Positions 52,552-61,309 of a DNA stretch of 64,000 bases are shown here, piece after piece. Every line of letters starts with the position of its first letter. Position 1 is the first letter of the stretch. The notes under the pieces were generated by a model. It did no database searches, was not told where the DNA came from, and saw only the letters and a program-made list of their open reading frames with translations. The translations under genes were made by a program, and so were the position numbers. Location: the NCBI GenBank assembly GCA_016203665.1, contig JACQMJ010000005.1, forward strand, positions 1,516-65,515, given 5' to 3'. The DNA is from Candidatus Sungiibacteriota bacterium. Its GTDB lineage: Bacteria > Patescibacteriota > Minisyncoccia > Sungbacterales > SURF-37.

Positions 52552-52577
52552 TGCCCTTGCATCGCCGGAGTTTTTTT
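52542..52577 (+). terminator. Rho-independent terminator
   Basis: CTCCGGC-15 nt-GCCGGAG followed by T7. Confidence 0.62.
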
Positions 52578-52649
52578 CATTGTCGGCCTTCGGTGGTAGT
52601 ACGACAGGAGGCTTGAAATTCATCCGAGCGTCCGCTACACTCGGAAAGT

Positions 52650-52961
52650 ATGTTCGCCATCATCAAAACTGGCGGGAAGCAATACAAGGTCTCGCCCGGC
52701 CAGAAATTGCGGATTGAAAAACTGAACGCCGATGACGGCGTCGTGGTTCATTTTCCCGAAGTGCTGCTCGTTGCCGACGGCGAAAAGGTTGATATTGGCA
52801 CGCCGACCGTTAAGGGCGCGAAAGTGGATGCAAAAGTGCTGCGGCAGGGGAGATATGATAAGAAAATCGTTTTCAAGTATCATCGCAAAACGAGGTATCG
52901 GAAAAAGAAGGGACATCGGCAGCATTTTACCGAAGTCGAGATTACCAAGATAACCGCGTAG
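52650..52961 (+). CDS. rplU: 50S ribosomal protein L21
   Basis: MFAIIKTGGKQYKV...HRKTRYRKKKGHRQHFT. Confidence 0.95.
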   Translation: MFAIIKTGGKQYKVSPGQKLRIEKLNADDGVVVHFPEVLLVADGEKVDIGTPTVKGAKVDAKVLRQGRYDKKIVFKYHRKTRYRKKKGHRQHFTEVEITKITA

Positions 52962-53160
52962 GCGGTTATGGCGGCTCTGAGCAGTCTTTTCACTCCGGCA
53001 TAGGTGTTCAGCGCTGGATATCCAGGCTGGATATCCAGGTAGTCAGGGTGGTAGTCATGGTACGGTCAAACTTCAACGATCGGTTAAAATTGACCGTAAC
53101 GTAAAACGTAAAACGTAAAACGACGGTTGCGGGATGGCGGCGTGATCAGATATGCCGGCA

Positions 53161-53190
53161 AGAAAAACGGCGCTCCCTCGGGAGCGCCGT
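53161..53190 (-). terminator. Rho-independent terminator
   Basis: ACGGCGCTCCC-tc-GGGAGCGCCGT with U-tract on the minus strand. Confidence 0.82.
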
Positions 53191-53217
53191 TTACGTTCCT
53201 CGTCTTCGCGCCGACCG

Positions 53218-53568
53218 CTAGATCACAACTCCTTGTTGTGCCAACGCATCGGGCGCGTCCTCTCGGACGGCGGAATTGAGGTCGGAGCGGAACTCTCTTA
53301 ATTCTCTTTCCAGCCGCTCTGCCGTGCTCCGGAGAGCCGCGGTCATGAGTGCGATCTGATACTCCATCTGCATCACCAGCCAAACATCCGTGTGAGGCGG
53401 CTCCACGCCACCGCTGCAGGCTCCGTTGATGCCGTTCTGTCCGTTCTTACAGAAGAATTCGGGGCCAACGGTGAGGCGCTTAAGATCTCCCCGAACCCGC
53501 GTCGATCGGGTGCCGAACAACACCACCTGCTGCCATCTGACACGCCGCGGTAGTACGGACTGGGTCAT
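53218..53568 (-). CDS. hypothetical 116-aa protein
   Basis: GGAGGAG SD, strong terminator; helical C-terminus (AERLERELREFRSDL). Confidence 0.55.
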   Translation of the reverse strand: MTQSVLPRRVRWQQVVLFGTRSTRVRGDLKRLTVGPEFFCKNGQNGINGACSGGVEPPHTDVWLVMQMEYQIALMTAALRSTAERLERELREFRSDLNSAVREDAPDALAQQGVVI

Positions 53569-53657
53569 CGCTCTTCTTTCTCCTCCGAGTTCGGAAAATG
53601 CGCTTGGACAGTTGGACGACTTTTTAAACAGCGGTGATGAAAAGAACGATCCCGAAC

Positions 53658-54302
53658 CTACTTCCGGTTCTGGATGGCATTGGCGATGGTTATATCGTCA
53701 GAATACTCAAGCTCCGAGCCGGTGGTCAAACCGCGGCCGAGGCGTGAGACGGTGAGGACCGGATACTGGTTCTTCAACGGCGCGAGCACCCGCTCGAGGT
53801 AGAGGCTGGTAGCATCGCCCTCGGCCGTAGGGTTGGTCGCAAGGATGACTTCTATCGGTCCATCCTCTTGGGCAAGTCTTTGGATCCGCTCGAAGAACTC
53901 TTTTAAGTGAAGTTTGGTTGGTGCGGAGGAATCAAGCGGGCTCACGGTGCCGCCTAGCACATGATAGAGGCCGTCGTACTTCCGGGTGCGCTCGACATTT
54001 TCGAGGTCCACCTCCTTCTCCACGACGAGCACCTGCCGGACGTTCCGCCGCGGGTTTCGGCAGAGCTCGCAGAGGCCGCCGTTGGCGCTGCCGCTTCCCG
54101 CGGGATTCATATCGAACGTTTTGTAGCACTGGCGGCAGAGCTTCACTTCGTCGTGGAGCCTGGCGATGGCATCGGCCAGGGCGGATACGCGGCCGGGCTC
54201 TTCGCGGAGGAGATAGAAGACGAAGCGCGTGGCCTGCTTCGGCCCCACGCCGGGGAACTTCAGGAAAAATTCAACCAGGTTCTGGATCGGTTTGGAAAAC
54301 AT
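53658..54302 (-). CDS. recR: recombination protein RecR
   Basis: HhH (KFPGVGPKQATRF), C4 zinc finger CRQC...CELC, Toprim domain. Confidence 0.93.
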   Translation of the reverse strand: MFSKPIQNLVEFFLKFPGVGPKQATRFVFYLLREEPGRVSALADAIARLHDEVKLCRQCYKTFDMNPAGSGSANGGLCELCRNPRRNVRQVLVVEKEVDLENVERTRKYDGLYHVLGGTVSPLDSSAPTKLHLKEFFERIQRLAQEDGPIEVILATNPTAEGDATSLYLERVLAPLKNQYPVLTVSRLGRGLTTGSELEYSDDITIANAIQNRK

Positions 54303-54311
54303 GCCCGGCGT

Positions 54312-55700
54312 TCAGAGTTGCTCTTCTTCGAAGTGTTTGGCGATCGAACGGAAAGAAACGGTCTCGGCGTCGAAGTAGAGCTCCACCCGGCCGGTCGGCC
54401 CGTTCCTATGCTTCTCAATCATAATTTCGGCGATATTTTTCCGGTCGGTGTTCTCGCGCACTTTATCGCGGCGGTAAATGAAGAGCACGACGTCGGCGTC
54501 CTGCTCAATGGAGCCGGATTCACGGAGATCCGAGAGTTTGGGCACGGCATCCGAACGCATCTCCACCGCCCGCGAGAGTTGCGAGATGGCGAGCACCGGT
54601 ACGTCGAGCTCTTTGGCCAGCGCCTTTAGGGAGCGCGAGATTTCCGTTACTTCCTGTACCCGGCTCTCCGCGGCCTCGTGCCCGCGGATGAGCTGGAGGT
54701 AGTCCACTACAACAAGGCCAAGGTCGCCGTATTCGGCTTGCAGCCGCCGCGCCATGGCCCGGATCTGCATGACCGTAGGCGAAGCGACGTCATCGAGGTA
54801 GAGCGGCGCCTGCGAGAGCGCCTCCATGGCATCGCGGATGCGTACAAAGTCGTTCGACTCGCCCCTGTCGGAGAGCCGGCCGGTGCGTAGCCGCCAGAGG
54901 TCCACGTTGGCCTGGCTTGAAATCAGGCGGTCCACCACCTGTTCCGAGGACATTTCCAGGGAGAAGAATCCGACCGGCAGGTTCTCCTTCAGTGCGACGT
55001 TCTTCGCGATCTCGAGGGCGAGCGCGGTTTTGCCGAGCGAGGGCCGGGCCGCGAGCACGATAAGATCGGACCTCTGGAGGCCGGCCAGCACATTATCCAA
55101 GTCGGGGAATCCAGTCGATACCCCGCGGAGCGCCCCGTCACCGGCGTGAAGCTTCTCGATCCTCTGCCAGGCCTCGTCGAGCGAGCGCTTGACCGGTTGG
55201 AACTCCTGGGCCAGCGAGCTCTGGGCCACGGCAAAAATGGTCTTTTCGGCGTCGTCCAGGATTTTTTCAATGTCCGCATCCTCCTTGTAGCCGAGCTCGG
55301 CAATGCGGTGCGAAGCTTCAATGAGGTCGCGGTGGATGCGCTTCCTATGGACGATTTTGGCGTAGTGGCTGGCGCTGGAAGCCGTGGGCACGGTGTTCAC
55401 GAGCGAGGCCAGGTAGGCCGTGCCGCCGATCTCGTCCAGCTGGTTCTTCTCTCGAAGGCGGTTAGTTATTGAAAGGACGTCAATGGCTTCTTTCCGGCCG
55501 AGTACCTCCAAGACAGCTTCATAGATCGTACGATGGACAGCCTTGTAGAAGTCTTTGGCCTCAAGCACATCCACAACGCGCCAGATAGCCTCCTTATCAA
55601 GGAGGAGGGAGCCCAAAAGGGCCGCCTCGGCTTCAAGGGACTGCGGCGGCATCCGCACCGTGTCTAGGCGCTGGGAAGTGTCGGCCATATTGATAAGCAC
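54312..55700 (-). CDS. dnaB: replicative DNA helicase
   Basis: PPQSLEAEAALLGS N-terminus, ARPSLGKTA Walker A, VVVDYLQL Walker B. Confidence 0.96.
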   Translation of the reverse strand: MLINMADTSQRLDTVRMPPQSLEAEAALLGSLLLDKEAIWRVVDVLEAKDFYKAVHRTIYEAVLEVLGRKEAIDVLSITNRLREKNQLDEIGGTAYLASLVNTVPTASSASHYAKIVHRKRIHRDLIEASHRIAELGYKEDADIEKILDDAEKTIFAVAQSSLAQEFQPVKRSLDEAWQRIEKLHAGDGALRGVSTGFPDLDNVLAGLQRSDLIVLAARPSLGKTALALEIAKNVALKENLPVGFFSLEMSSEQVVDRLISSQANVDLWRLRTGRLSDRGESNDFVRIRDAMEALSQAPLYLDDVASPTVMQIRAMARRLQAEYGDLGLVVVDYLQLIRGHEAAESRVQEVTEISRSLKALAKELDVPVLAISQLSRAVEMRSDAVPKLSDLRESGSIEQDADVVLFIYRRDKVRENTDRKNIAEIMIEKHRNGPTGRVELYFDAETVSFRSIAKHFEEEQL

Positions 55701-55766
55701 GAGGTGATTAGGCGGCTAGGCACTAGTGCCTAGCGCTTCGTGCAGTGCTCTGACTATACGTCTTGC

Positions 55767-57221
55767 TCAAAATGCGTGACAAGAACGAGAGATAGGCGCT
55801 TTTTGGGATAGGACGTTTATAAGGTGTGCACGATTTATCCGTGGCCCTTTCGGCGTGTCCTCAATGGCATAACCTAATTTTTTTATCTTCTCCCGGATTT
55901 TGTCGGCCTCGGCCCAGCGCTTGGCCCTGCGCAGCGCCTCACGTTCGGCGGCGAGTTTTTTAACTTGCGGCGGAACGTCCGGGGCGCGCCGTTTTCCGAG
56001 GCCCAGACCGAGCACGCGATCAAATTCTTTGACGGCGGCCAGGATCAATTTCGCCGCGCGCCGTGTCAGGAGTTTGCGGTCAAGGAGGGCGTTGCCGTAA
56101 TGCAAAAGTTCATTCAGGACGGCAGTGGCTTTTGGGGTATTCAGATCATCGTCCACGGCGGCGCGGAACTGCTTTGTCGCGGCGGCGATAACGGCCAGCG
56201 CTTCGTTCTCGTCTTTCAGCGAGCCGTCATACGGCCCCTGGCCAATGCGCTCCAAGTCGCTCTCAAGTCCGCGGCGGCCTTTTTGCGCCGCGGCAAGCGC
56301 CTTCCAGGTGAAGTTCAACTGTGTGCGGTAGTGGGCGCCAAGCACGAAATATCTGAAATCCAAAGGATCAAAACCGCGCTTGGCGATATCGCCGAGCGTG
56401 TATACATTGCCAAGAGATTTTGACATTTTCCTGCCGTCCACCAGGAGGTGCTCGCCCTCGACGAAATAGCGTACGAACGGCTTGCCCGTGGCGCCCTCGG
56501 ACTGCGCGATCTCATCTTCATGATGGGGGAATAATAGATCAACGGCTCCGGCATGAATATCAAATGATGGGCCGAGATATTTCATGGACATGGCCGAGCA
56601 TTCAATATGCCAGCCCGGCCGGCCGCGGCCGAAAGGTGCGGGCCAGGATGGCTCGCCCGGTTTTGCGGCTTTCCAGAGCGCAAAGTCGCGAACCTCATTT
56701 TTTGAATATTCATCGGCGCTGACGCGGGCGCCGGTTTTTAACTTCCGCTGTTCAACGCGCGAGAGCTTGCCGTACGGCTTGAATTTGGCGATGGCGAAAT
56801 AAACGCCGTCCGGCGCGCGGTAGGCGAGTTTTTTACGCAGGAGGACCGAGATAAGGCGTATCATGTCAGGAACATGGGCCGTGGCGCGGGGATATTTCCA
56901 CGCCGGCAGAATGCCGAGGCGCTTCACGTCCTTGAAAAATTCGCGGCTGTAAAATTCCGTAAAGGCTTTCAGCGTTTGTCCTTTGGCTCGCGCCCCCTTA
57001 ATGGTCTTGTCATCCACGTCGGTCAGGTTCATCACATGGCGCACGCGGTAGCCCTCGCACTCAAGCGCGCGCCGGAGCACGTCCTCAAAAAGGTAAGTTC
57101 GGAGGTTCCCGATATGGGCGTAGTTATAGACCGTCGGCCCGCAAGTATAGAGACCGACCGACTCCTTCTTCAGGGGGTGAAACAACTCTTTCTTACGAGT
57201 TAGGTAATTGAAGACTTTCAT
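55767..57221 (-). CDS. cysS: cysteine--tRNA ligase
   Basis: HIGN (HIGH) and KMSKS motifs, TCGPTVY zinc-site region. Confidence 0.95.
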   Translation of the reverse strand: MKVFNYLTRKKELFHPLKKESVGLYTCGPTVYNYAHIGNLRTYLFEDVLRRALECEGYRVRHVMNLTDVDDKTIKGARAKGQTLKAFTEFYSREFFKDVKRLGILPAWKYPRATAHVPDMIRLISVLLRKKLAYRAPDGVYFAIAKFKPYGKLSRVEQRKLKTGARVSADEYSKNEVRDFALWKAAKPGEPSWPAPFGRGRPGWHIECSAMSMKYLGPSFDIHAGAVDLLFPHHEDEIAQSEGATGKPFVRYFVEGEHLLVDGRKMSKSLGNVYTLGDIAKRGFDPLDFRYFVLGAHYRTQLNFTWKALAAAQKGRRGLESDLERIGQGPYDGSLKDENEALAVIAAATKQFRAAVDDDLNTPKATAVLNELLHYGNALLDRKLLTRRAAKLILAAVKEFDRVLGLGLGKRRAPDVPPQVKKLAAEREALRRAKRWAEADKIREKIKKLGYAIEDTPKGPRINRAHLINVLSQKAPISRSCHAF

Positions 57222-57242
57222 CGTAGTAAAGTGGTTACTTAA

Positions 57243-57984
57243 CTATTCTATCAAACGGTACGCCTCGGCATAGGGGAGAGTTCGCCCGTGCCAGACCGCA
57301 ACACGGCTTGCCACGCGGTCGAACAACTCTACCCAATGGGAAAACCCATCGGTCGAGCGCAAAAATTGTGAAGGGTAAATGCGGATATGCTGGTTCCGCT
57401 TTCCCTGGATATGACCTCCATATTCGATTATGTGTGTCGGCGTGACGATTGGTGGGATATCTTGCACGAGAAGGTAGAGCGCTGGCCGTATACCAGTCGC
57501 TGGGTAACGCTCTACGAAATGTCGAACATCAGAAACCTCCCACAACCGCAACGCAATTTTACCCACGGCTCGATGGTCGGAGTGCTCAAGGGTATGTGAT
57601 TGCGGGTGAAAGGAAAAGAGCGCCGAGAACTGTTCTCTACGTACTATCGGCAGTACTCGCTGAACGGCCTGTGCAATCTGCTGCTCGAGTAAGAGGTCTG
57701 GGAAATCAAAAATCCGGTAACGAACCCCTAGCGCTTGTACAGAACGATGAAACTCACGAACGCGAACCTGTTTTATTTCGGCGAGAGTGAAACTTTGTCC
57801 ATACCCAGCCCCCATCCCACCCCGCGTCAGGAGTAGAATCGTTACCGGGATTGTCGCTTCAACAAAGACGGTGGATGAGTCCGTAAAAGAGAATTTCGTC
57901 GTCTGGATGCGCAATGAGGAGCGCTACGCCGCGCTGCTTCCAAGACGCTGGTATGGGCAATGCCTGGGGGTATGTGATTTCCAT
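57243..57984 (-). pseudogene. PIG-L/LmbE-family deacetylase interrupted by a 1-nt frameshift
   Basis: N-terminal 41 codons (ATG 57984; ...LLIAHPDDEILFYGLIHRLC*) are in a different frame from the body (HSDHRAVG); an extra T in the run at 57864-57866 restores HRL-VEATIPV. Confidence 0.7.
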
Positions 57985-58070
57985 AGTTTTTAGTAAATTG
58001 AAAGCTACACCGCATAATCACTGGCGTCAATGACATTCGCATATTCGTACGAATCCGTAATTCATAAAGT

Positions 58071-58988
58071 TCACAGCCACTTTTTGCGCTTGAAGAAGGC
58101 GAACATGCCGATGGTGGCGAGGAGCATGATGCCGACGATGATCCAGAAGTCGTTGCGCGTGCCGATGATGGGAGTATAGGCCGTATCCATGGAGAAGAGC
58201 GCGGTGAAGAGCATGAGCGGGAAGGTGATGAAGGCCATGATGGCGACGATCTTCATCGCCTCGTTCTGCTTGATGGAGAGCACGGTCGCATTGTTCTCGT
58301 AGAGGGCATCGGTAGCCTCCTTGGAGTTCTCCAGCAGGTTCCACACCTTCTGGTATTCGCCCAAGAGTTCTTCAAAAAACGGTCTCGAGGACGACCCAAA
58401 AAGAATGGTTCCTTGTATAGCAAGCGATTCTAATGCGGCCTGCTGGGGCTTAAGTGACCGGCGAAAGTCAATGATATCCCGCCGCACGAACGAAAGATCC
58501 TCGATAATGGCTTCTTCCTCGTGCTCCGAGGCAAAAACCCGTTCTTCGATCTTATTGATGTGCTCTTGAATATGATCAAGCTCGCGGAGCGCAAAAGTAT
58601 AGAGATCTTTCAATATATAGAAGAAGAGGTAAACCGGACTTTTGGAGGCGAAGGCCGCGGCCGATGATTGCTCCTCGGAACAGCGCTTGAAAAAATCATC
58701 AAGCGGACGCACCGGCTCGTGCGCCACGGTGATGATCTCCTGCTTGGTCAAAATAAAATCCACTTCGCGTGCATAGGTTTTCTTTTCCCGTTCGTTGAAA
58801 ATAGGGAAGTGGAGAACGACGTAGAGGTAGCCGTCATAGCGGTCCACCCGCGGGCGAAATGTGGCCTTTGTAAGCTCGTCTGCCACCAGGGGATGAAGAT
58901 CCATATGGGCCTGCAGCCATTTCGTATCCTGGCCCGACGGCTTTACGAAATTATGCCACTCGAGAGCTTTAGTTTTCAGGGTTTTCAT
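58071..58988 (-). CDS. corA: CorA-family divalent cation transporter with non-canonical SMD in place of GMN
   Basis: Cytoplasmic funnel domain plus two C-terminal TM helices ending KRKKWL; the loop reads FSMDTAY. Confidence 0.8.
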   Translation of the reverse strand: MKTLKTKALEWHNFVKPSGQDTKWLQAHMDLHPLVADELTKATFRPRVDRYDGYLYVVLHFPIFNEREKKTYAREVDFILTKQEIITVAHEPVRPLDDFFKRCSEEQSSAAAFASKSPVYLFFYILKDLYTFALRELDHIQEHINKIEERVFASEHEEEAIIEDLSFVRRDIIDFRRSLKPQQAALESLAIQGTILFGSSSRPFFEELLGEYQKVWNLLENSKEATDALYENNATVLSIKQNEAMKIVAIMAFITFPLMLFTALFSMDTAYTPIIGTRNDFWIIVGIMLLATIGMFAFFKRKKWL

Positions 58989-59130
58989 AATTTCATGATA
59001 GCAGTAGCACGCGAGACGTAAAAGCCATTATCAAAACAAATGGCCTGTTGACAGGGGAGATTTTTAGTTGCACTAATTTGTCAGGTGCAGTTCTTCACAT
59101 GGCATAAACCTGGCCTATAAGGAGGCCGAG

Positions 59131-59847
59131 ATGAGCCTAGTAGTTATCACGGGCGGGGCAAGCGGTATCGGCCGAGGGATGGCACAGAGCTTTGCGGAGC
59201 TCGGCCATAGGGTCGTCATCGGCGACATCAAAGAGGAGGCGGGTCAGCGGACGGCTCGGGAAATCGGCGTTCGTTTTCTCCGGGTAGACGTAACGAGCGC
59301 CACGGACGTTACCGCATTCATCGATGCGGCTCGGGCTGACGCCTGCTTCGATGTACTCATCGCGAACGTGGGACGAAATGATGGACTACCCACGGCGCGG
59401 ACCAAACCCACGGACTGGGATCGTTCGATCAGGGTCAATCTTTCGAGCATGTTCTATACGTGCAGGACCGCTCTCCCGTACCTTTCGCCCGGCGGAAGCA
59501 TCATCATGACTTCGTCCCTGGTCGGCGTGATCGGGCAGAGGAATTCATCGGCGTACGCCGCGGCCAAAGGCGGCATCATCGCCTACGTCAAGGCGCTTGC
59601 CCTGGAGCTTGCGCCGCGGAAGATCACCGTCAACGCCATCGCTCCGGGCGACGTCATGACGCCGGCTTATGAGAAGTGGCTCAAAGGACAGCCGCCGGAT
59701 ACGCTCGTCCGCATCCAGGCGCAGATCCCGCTTGGCCGGTTCGCCGCGCCGGAGGAGATCGGGGCGCTCGCCGTGTTTCTCGCCTCGGCCAGGTTCATCA
59801 CCGGCCAGACCATCATCATCGACGGCGGCAAATCCCTGGGGCGCTAA
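59131..59847 (+). CDS. SDR-family oxidoreductase
   Basis: TGGASGIGRG cofactor motif, SSAYAAAKGG catalytic Y-x3-K; AGGAGG SD. Confidence 0.88.
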   Translation: MSLVVITGGASGIGRGMAQSFAELGHRVVIGDIKEEAGQRTAREIGVRFLRVDVTSATDVTAFIDAARADACFDVLIANVGRNDGLPTARTKPTDWDRSIRVNLSSMFYTCRTALPYLSPGGSIIMTSSLVGVIGQRNSSAYAAAKGGIIAYVKALALELAPRKITVNAIAPGDVMTPAYEKWLKGQPPDTLVRIQAQIPLGRFAAPEEIGALAVFLASARFITGQTIIIDGGKSLGR

Positions 59848-59945
59848 TTAGTGTCCGACACGGCCGCATCTCTCAAGATCGGCCGCTTTTCTTTTCCAAA
59901 ATTTTGCGGCCCTTGTCAGTTCTTGCGGCATTTGCAAGTTTCCGT

Positions 59946-59972
59946 TTAGCACTCTTGACGCATGAGTGCTAA
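59946..59972 (+). promoter_or_regulatory. CIRCE operator (HrcA binding site)
   Basis: Perfect TTAGCACTC-N9-GAGTGCTAA. Confidence 0.92.
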
Positions 59973-59984
59973 CCCGGCTATAAT
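59955..59984 (+). promoter_or_regulatory. hrcA-grpE-dnaK promoter overlapping CIRCE
   Basis: TTGACG-18 nt-TATAAT, then 9 nt to the ATG without an SD. Confidence 0.6.
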
Positions 59985-59993
59985 GTCCCTGTC

Positions 59994-60728
59994 ATGCCGC
60001 TGGAGCCGACTGAACGGCAAAAAACCATACTAGATGCGCTCATCAGTGAATATGTGTCCACGGCCGAGCCGGTGGCTTCTTTAGAGCTTGTGCGGAAGTA
60101 CAGTCTGCCATACAGCCCGGCCACGGTGCGGAGCGAACTTGTGGCCCTGGATGATGCCGGCTACCTTACCCAGCCGCATACCTCGGCCGGCCGCATCCCG
60201 ACGGACCGTGCCTATAGGCTTTTCATCAATGAGCGAATAGCCGGCCCTACTGATCGCGGCCGGGACGTTTCAAGCCGCGAGGAGGCCGCTCTTCGTGAAC
60301 TTCGGGAATTCGACGATCCGGTCGGATTCGCAAAACAGGCCAGCCGCCTCCTTGCGCATCTCACACGGAGTTTCGTGCTCGCGGGCTTTCCGACCGAGGA
60401 ACTCTTTTATAAATCCGGCATCCGCGAGGTCATAGCCGAGCCGGAGTTCGCCGACGCCGATCTTCTTCAAGGCTTCGGGGCGCTCATGGATGTAGTTGAA
60501 GATGAAGTCATGCGGCGCTTTGATGCCGAGGAGTTTATTGACGAGCCGCAGGCCTTCATTGGAGGAGAAAATCCGATCCGGGAGGCTCGGCGCTACGGCA
60601 TGGTTATATCCGCAGTTGAGACGCCTTTTGCCAAAGAAGGACTGATTGCTCTTATCGGGCCGAAGCGCATGGACTACCGCCGGAGCGTGGCGCTCCTACG
60701 GCATATCCAAGAATTGCTGAATACATAG
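59994..60728 (+). CDS. hrcA: heat-inducible transcription repressor HrcA (short form)
   Basis: N-terminal wHTH ([22 protein letters not shown]...ATVRSEL), [12 protein letters not shown] motif. Confidence 0.88.
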   Translation: MPLEPTERQKTILDALISEYVSTAEPVASLELVRKYSLPYSPATVRSELVALDDAGYLTQPHTSAGRIPTDRAYRLFINERIAGPTDRGRDVSSREEAALRELREFDDPVGFAKQASRLLAHLTRSFVLAGFPTEELFYKSGIREVIAEPEFADADLLQGFGALMDVVEDEVMRRFDAEEFIDEPQAFIGGENPIREARRYGMVISAVETPFAKEGLIALIGPKRMDYRRSVALLRHIQELLNT

Positions 60729-60730
60729 GC

Positions 60731-61279
60731 ATGGAAGAAAAAAGAAAAGAGGAAATAGAAAATAGCGATACGGACGTAGAAATGGTACCGGATGAGGAGG
60801 CCTTAAGCGCAGATGCCGCGGCGAAAGTTAAAAAGCTCCGTGAGGAGCTACAGAGATGCGAGGCCGGCAAACGCGAATATCTTGAGGGCTGGCAGAGGGC
60901 CAAGGCCGACCTCATTAATTATAAAAAAGATGAGGCGCGGCGCTTTGATGAGTTTCTGAAATTCGCCGCAGAGGGCCTGATTGCCGAGCTTGTGCCCGCT
61001 TTGGATAGTTTTGACTTGGCGCTTCAGCACGGCATGCCAAAAGACGTGGAGAGAGGGATCGTCATGATCCGCTCCCAGCTCGAAGACATCCTGCGCCGCC
61101 GCGGCCTGGAAGTGCTCCAGCCCCGGGGGCAGAAGTTTGATCCGGCCTTCCATGAATCGCTCGGCGAAGTGGAAACCGAGGGCGAGGAGGGAACAGTGGC
61201 CGAGGTGCTCCAGCCGGGGTATCTCTTACAGGGCAAGCTCCTCCGCCCGGCGCGTGTGAAAATAGCAAAAAAGAAATAA
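60731..61279 (+). CDS. grpE: nucleotide exchange factor GrpE
   Basis: Coiled coil then DSFDLAL and FDPAFHES motifs. Confidence 0.93.
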   Translation: MEEKRKEEIENSDTDVEMVPDEEALSADAAAKVKKLREELQRCEAGKREYLEGWQRAKADLINYKKDEARRFDEFLKFAAEGLIAELVPALDSFDLALQHGMPKDVERGIVMIRSQLEDILRRRGLEVLQPRGQKFDPAFHESLGEVETEGEEGTVAEVLQPGYLLQGKLLRPARVKIAKKK

Positions 61280-61309
61280 TAAGGAGTTAAAAGTCTATCA
61301 GATAAAAAT

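Noticed and set aside
53098-53122. Possible CRISPR-like or minisatellite array (ACGTAAA x3; also the CTGGATATCCAG x2 and GTAAGATGAGTA x2 repeats)
   Set aside because: The units are only 7-13 nt, with two to three copies, no spacers and no cas genes. These are simple tandem words in spacers.
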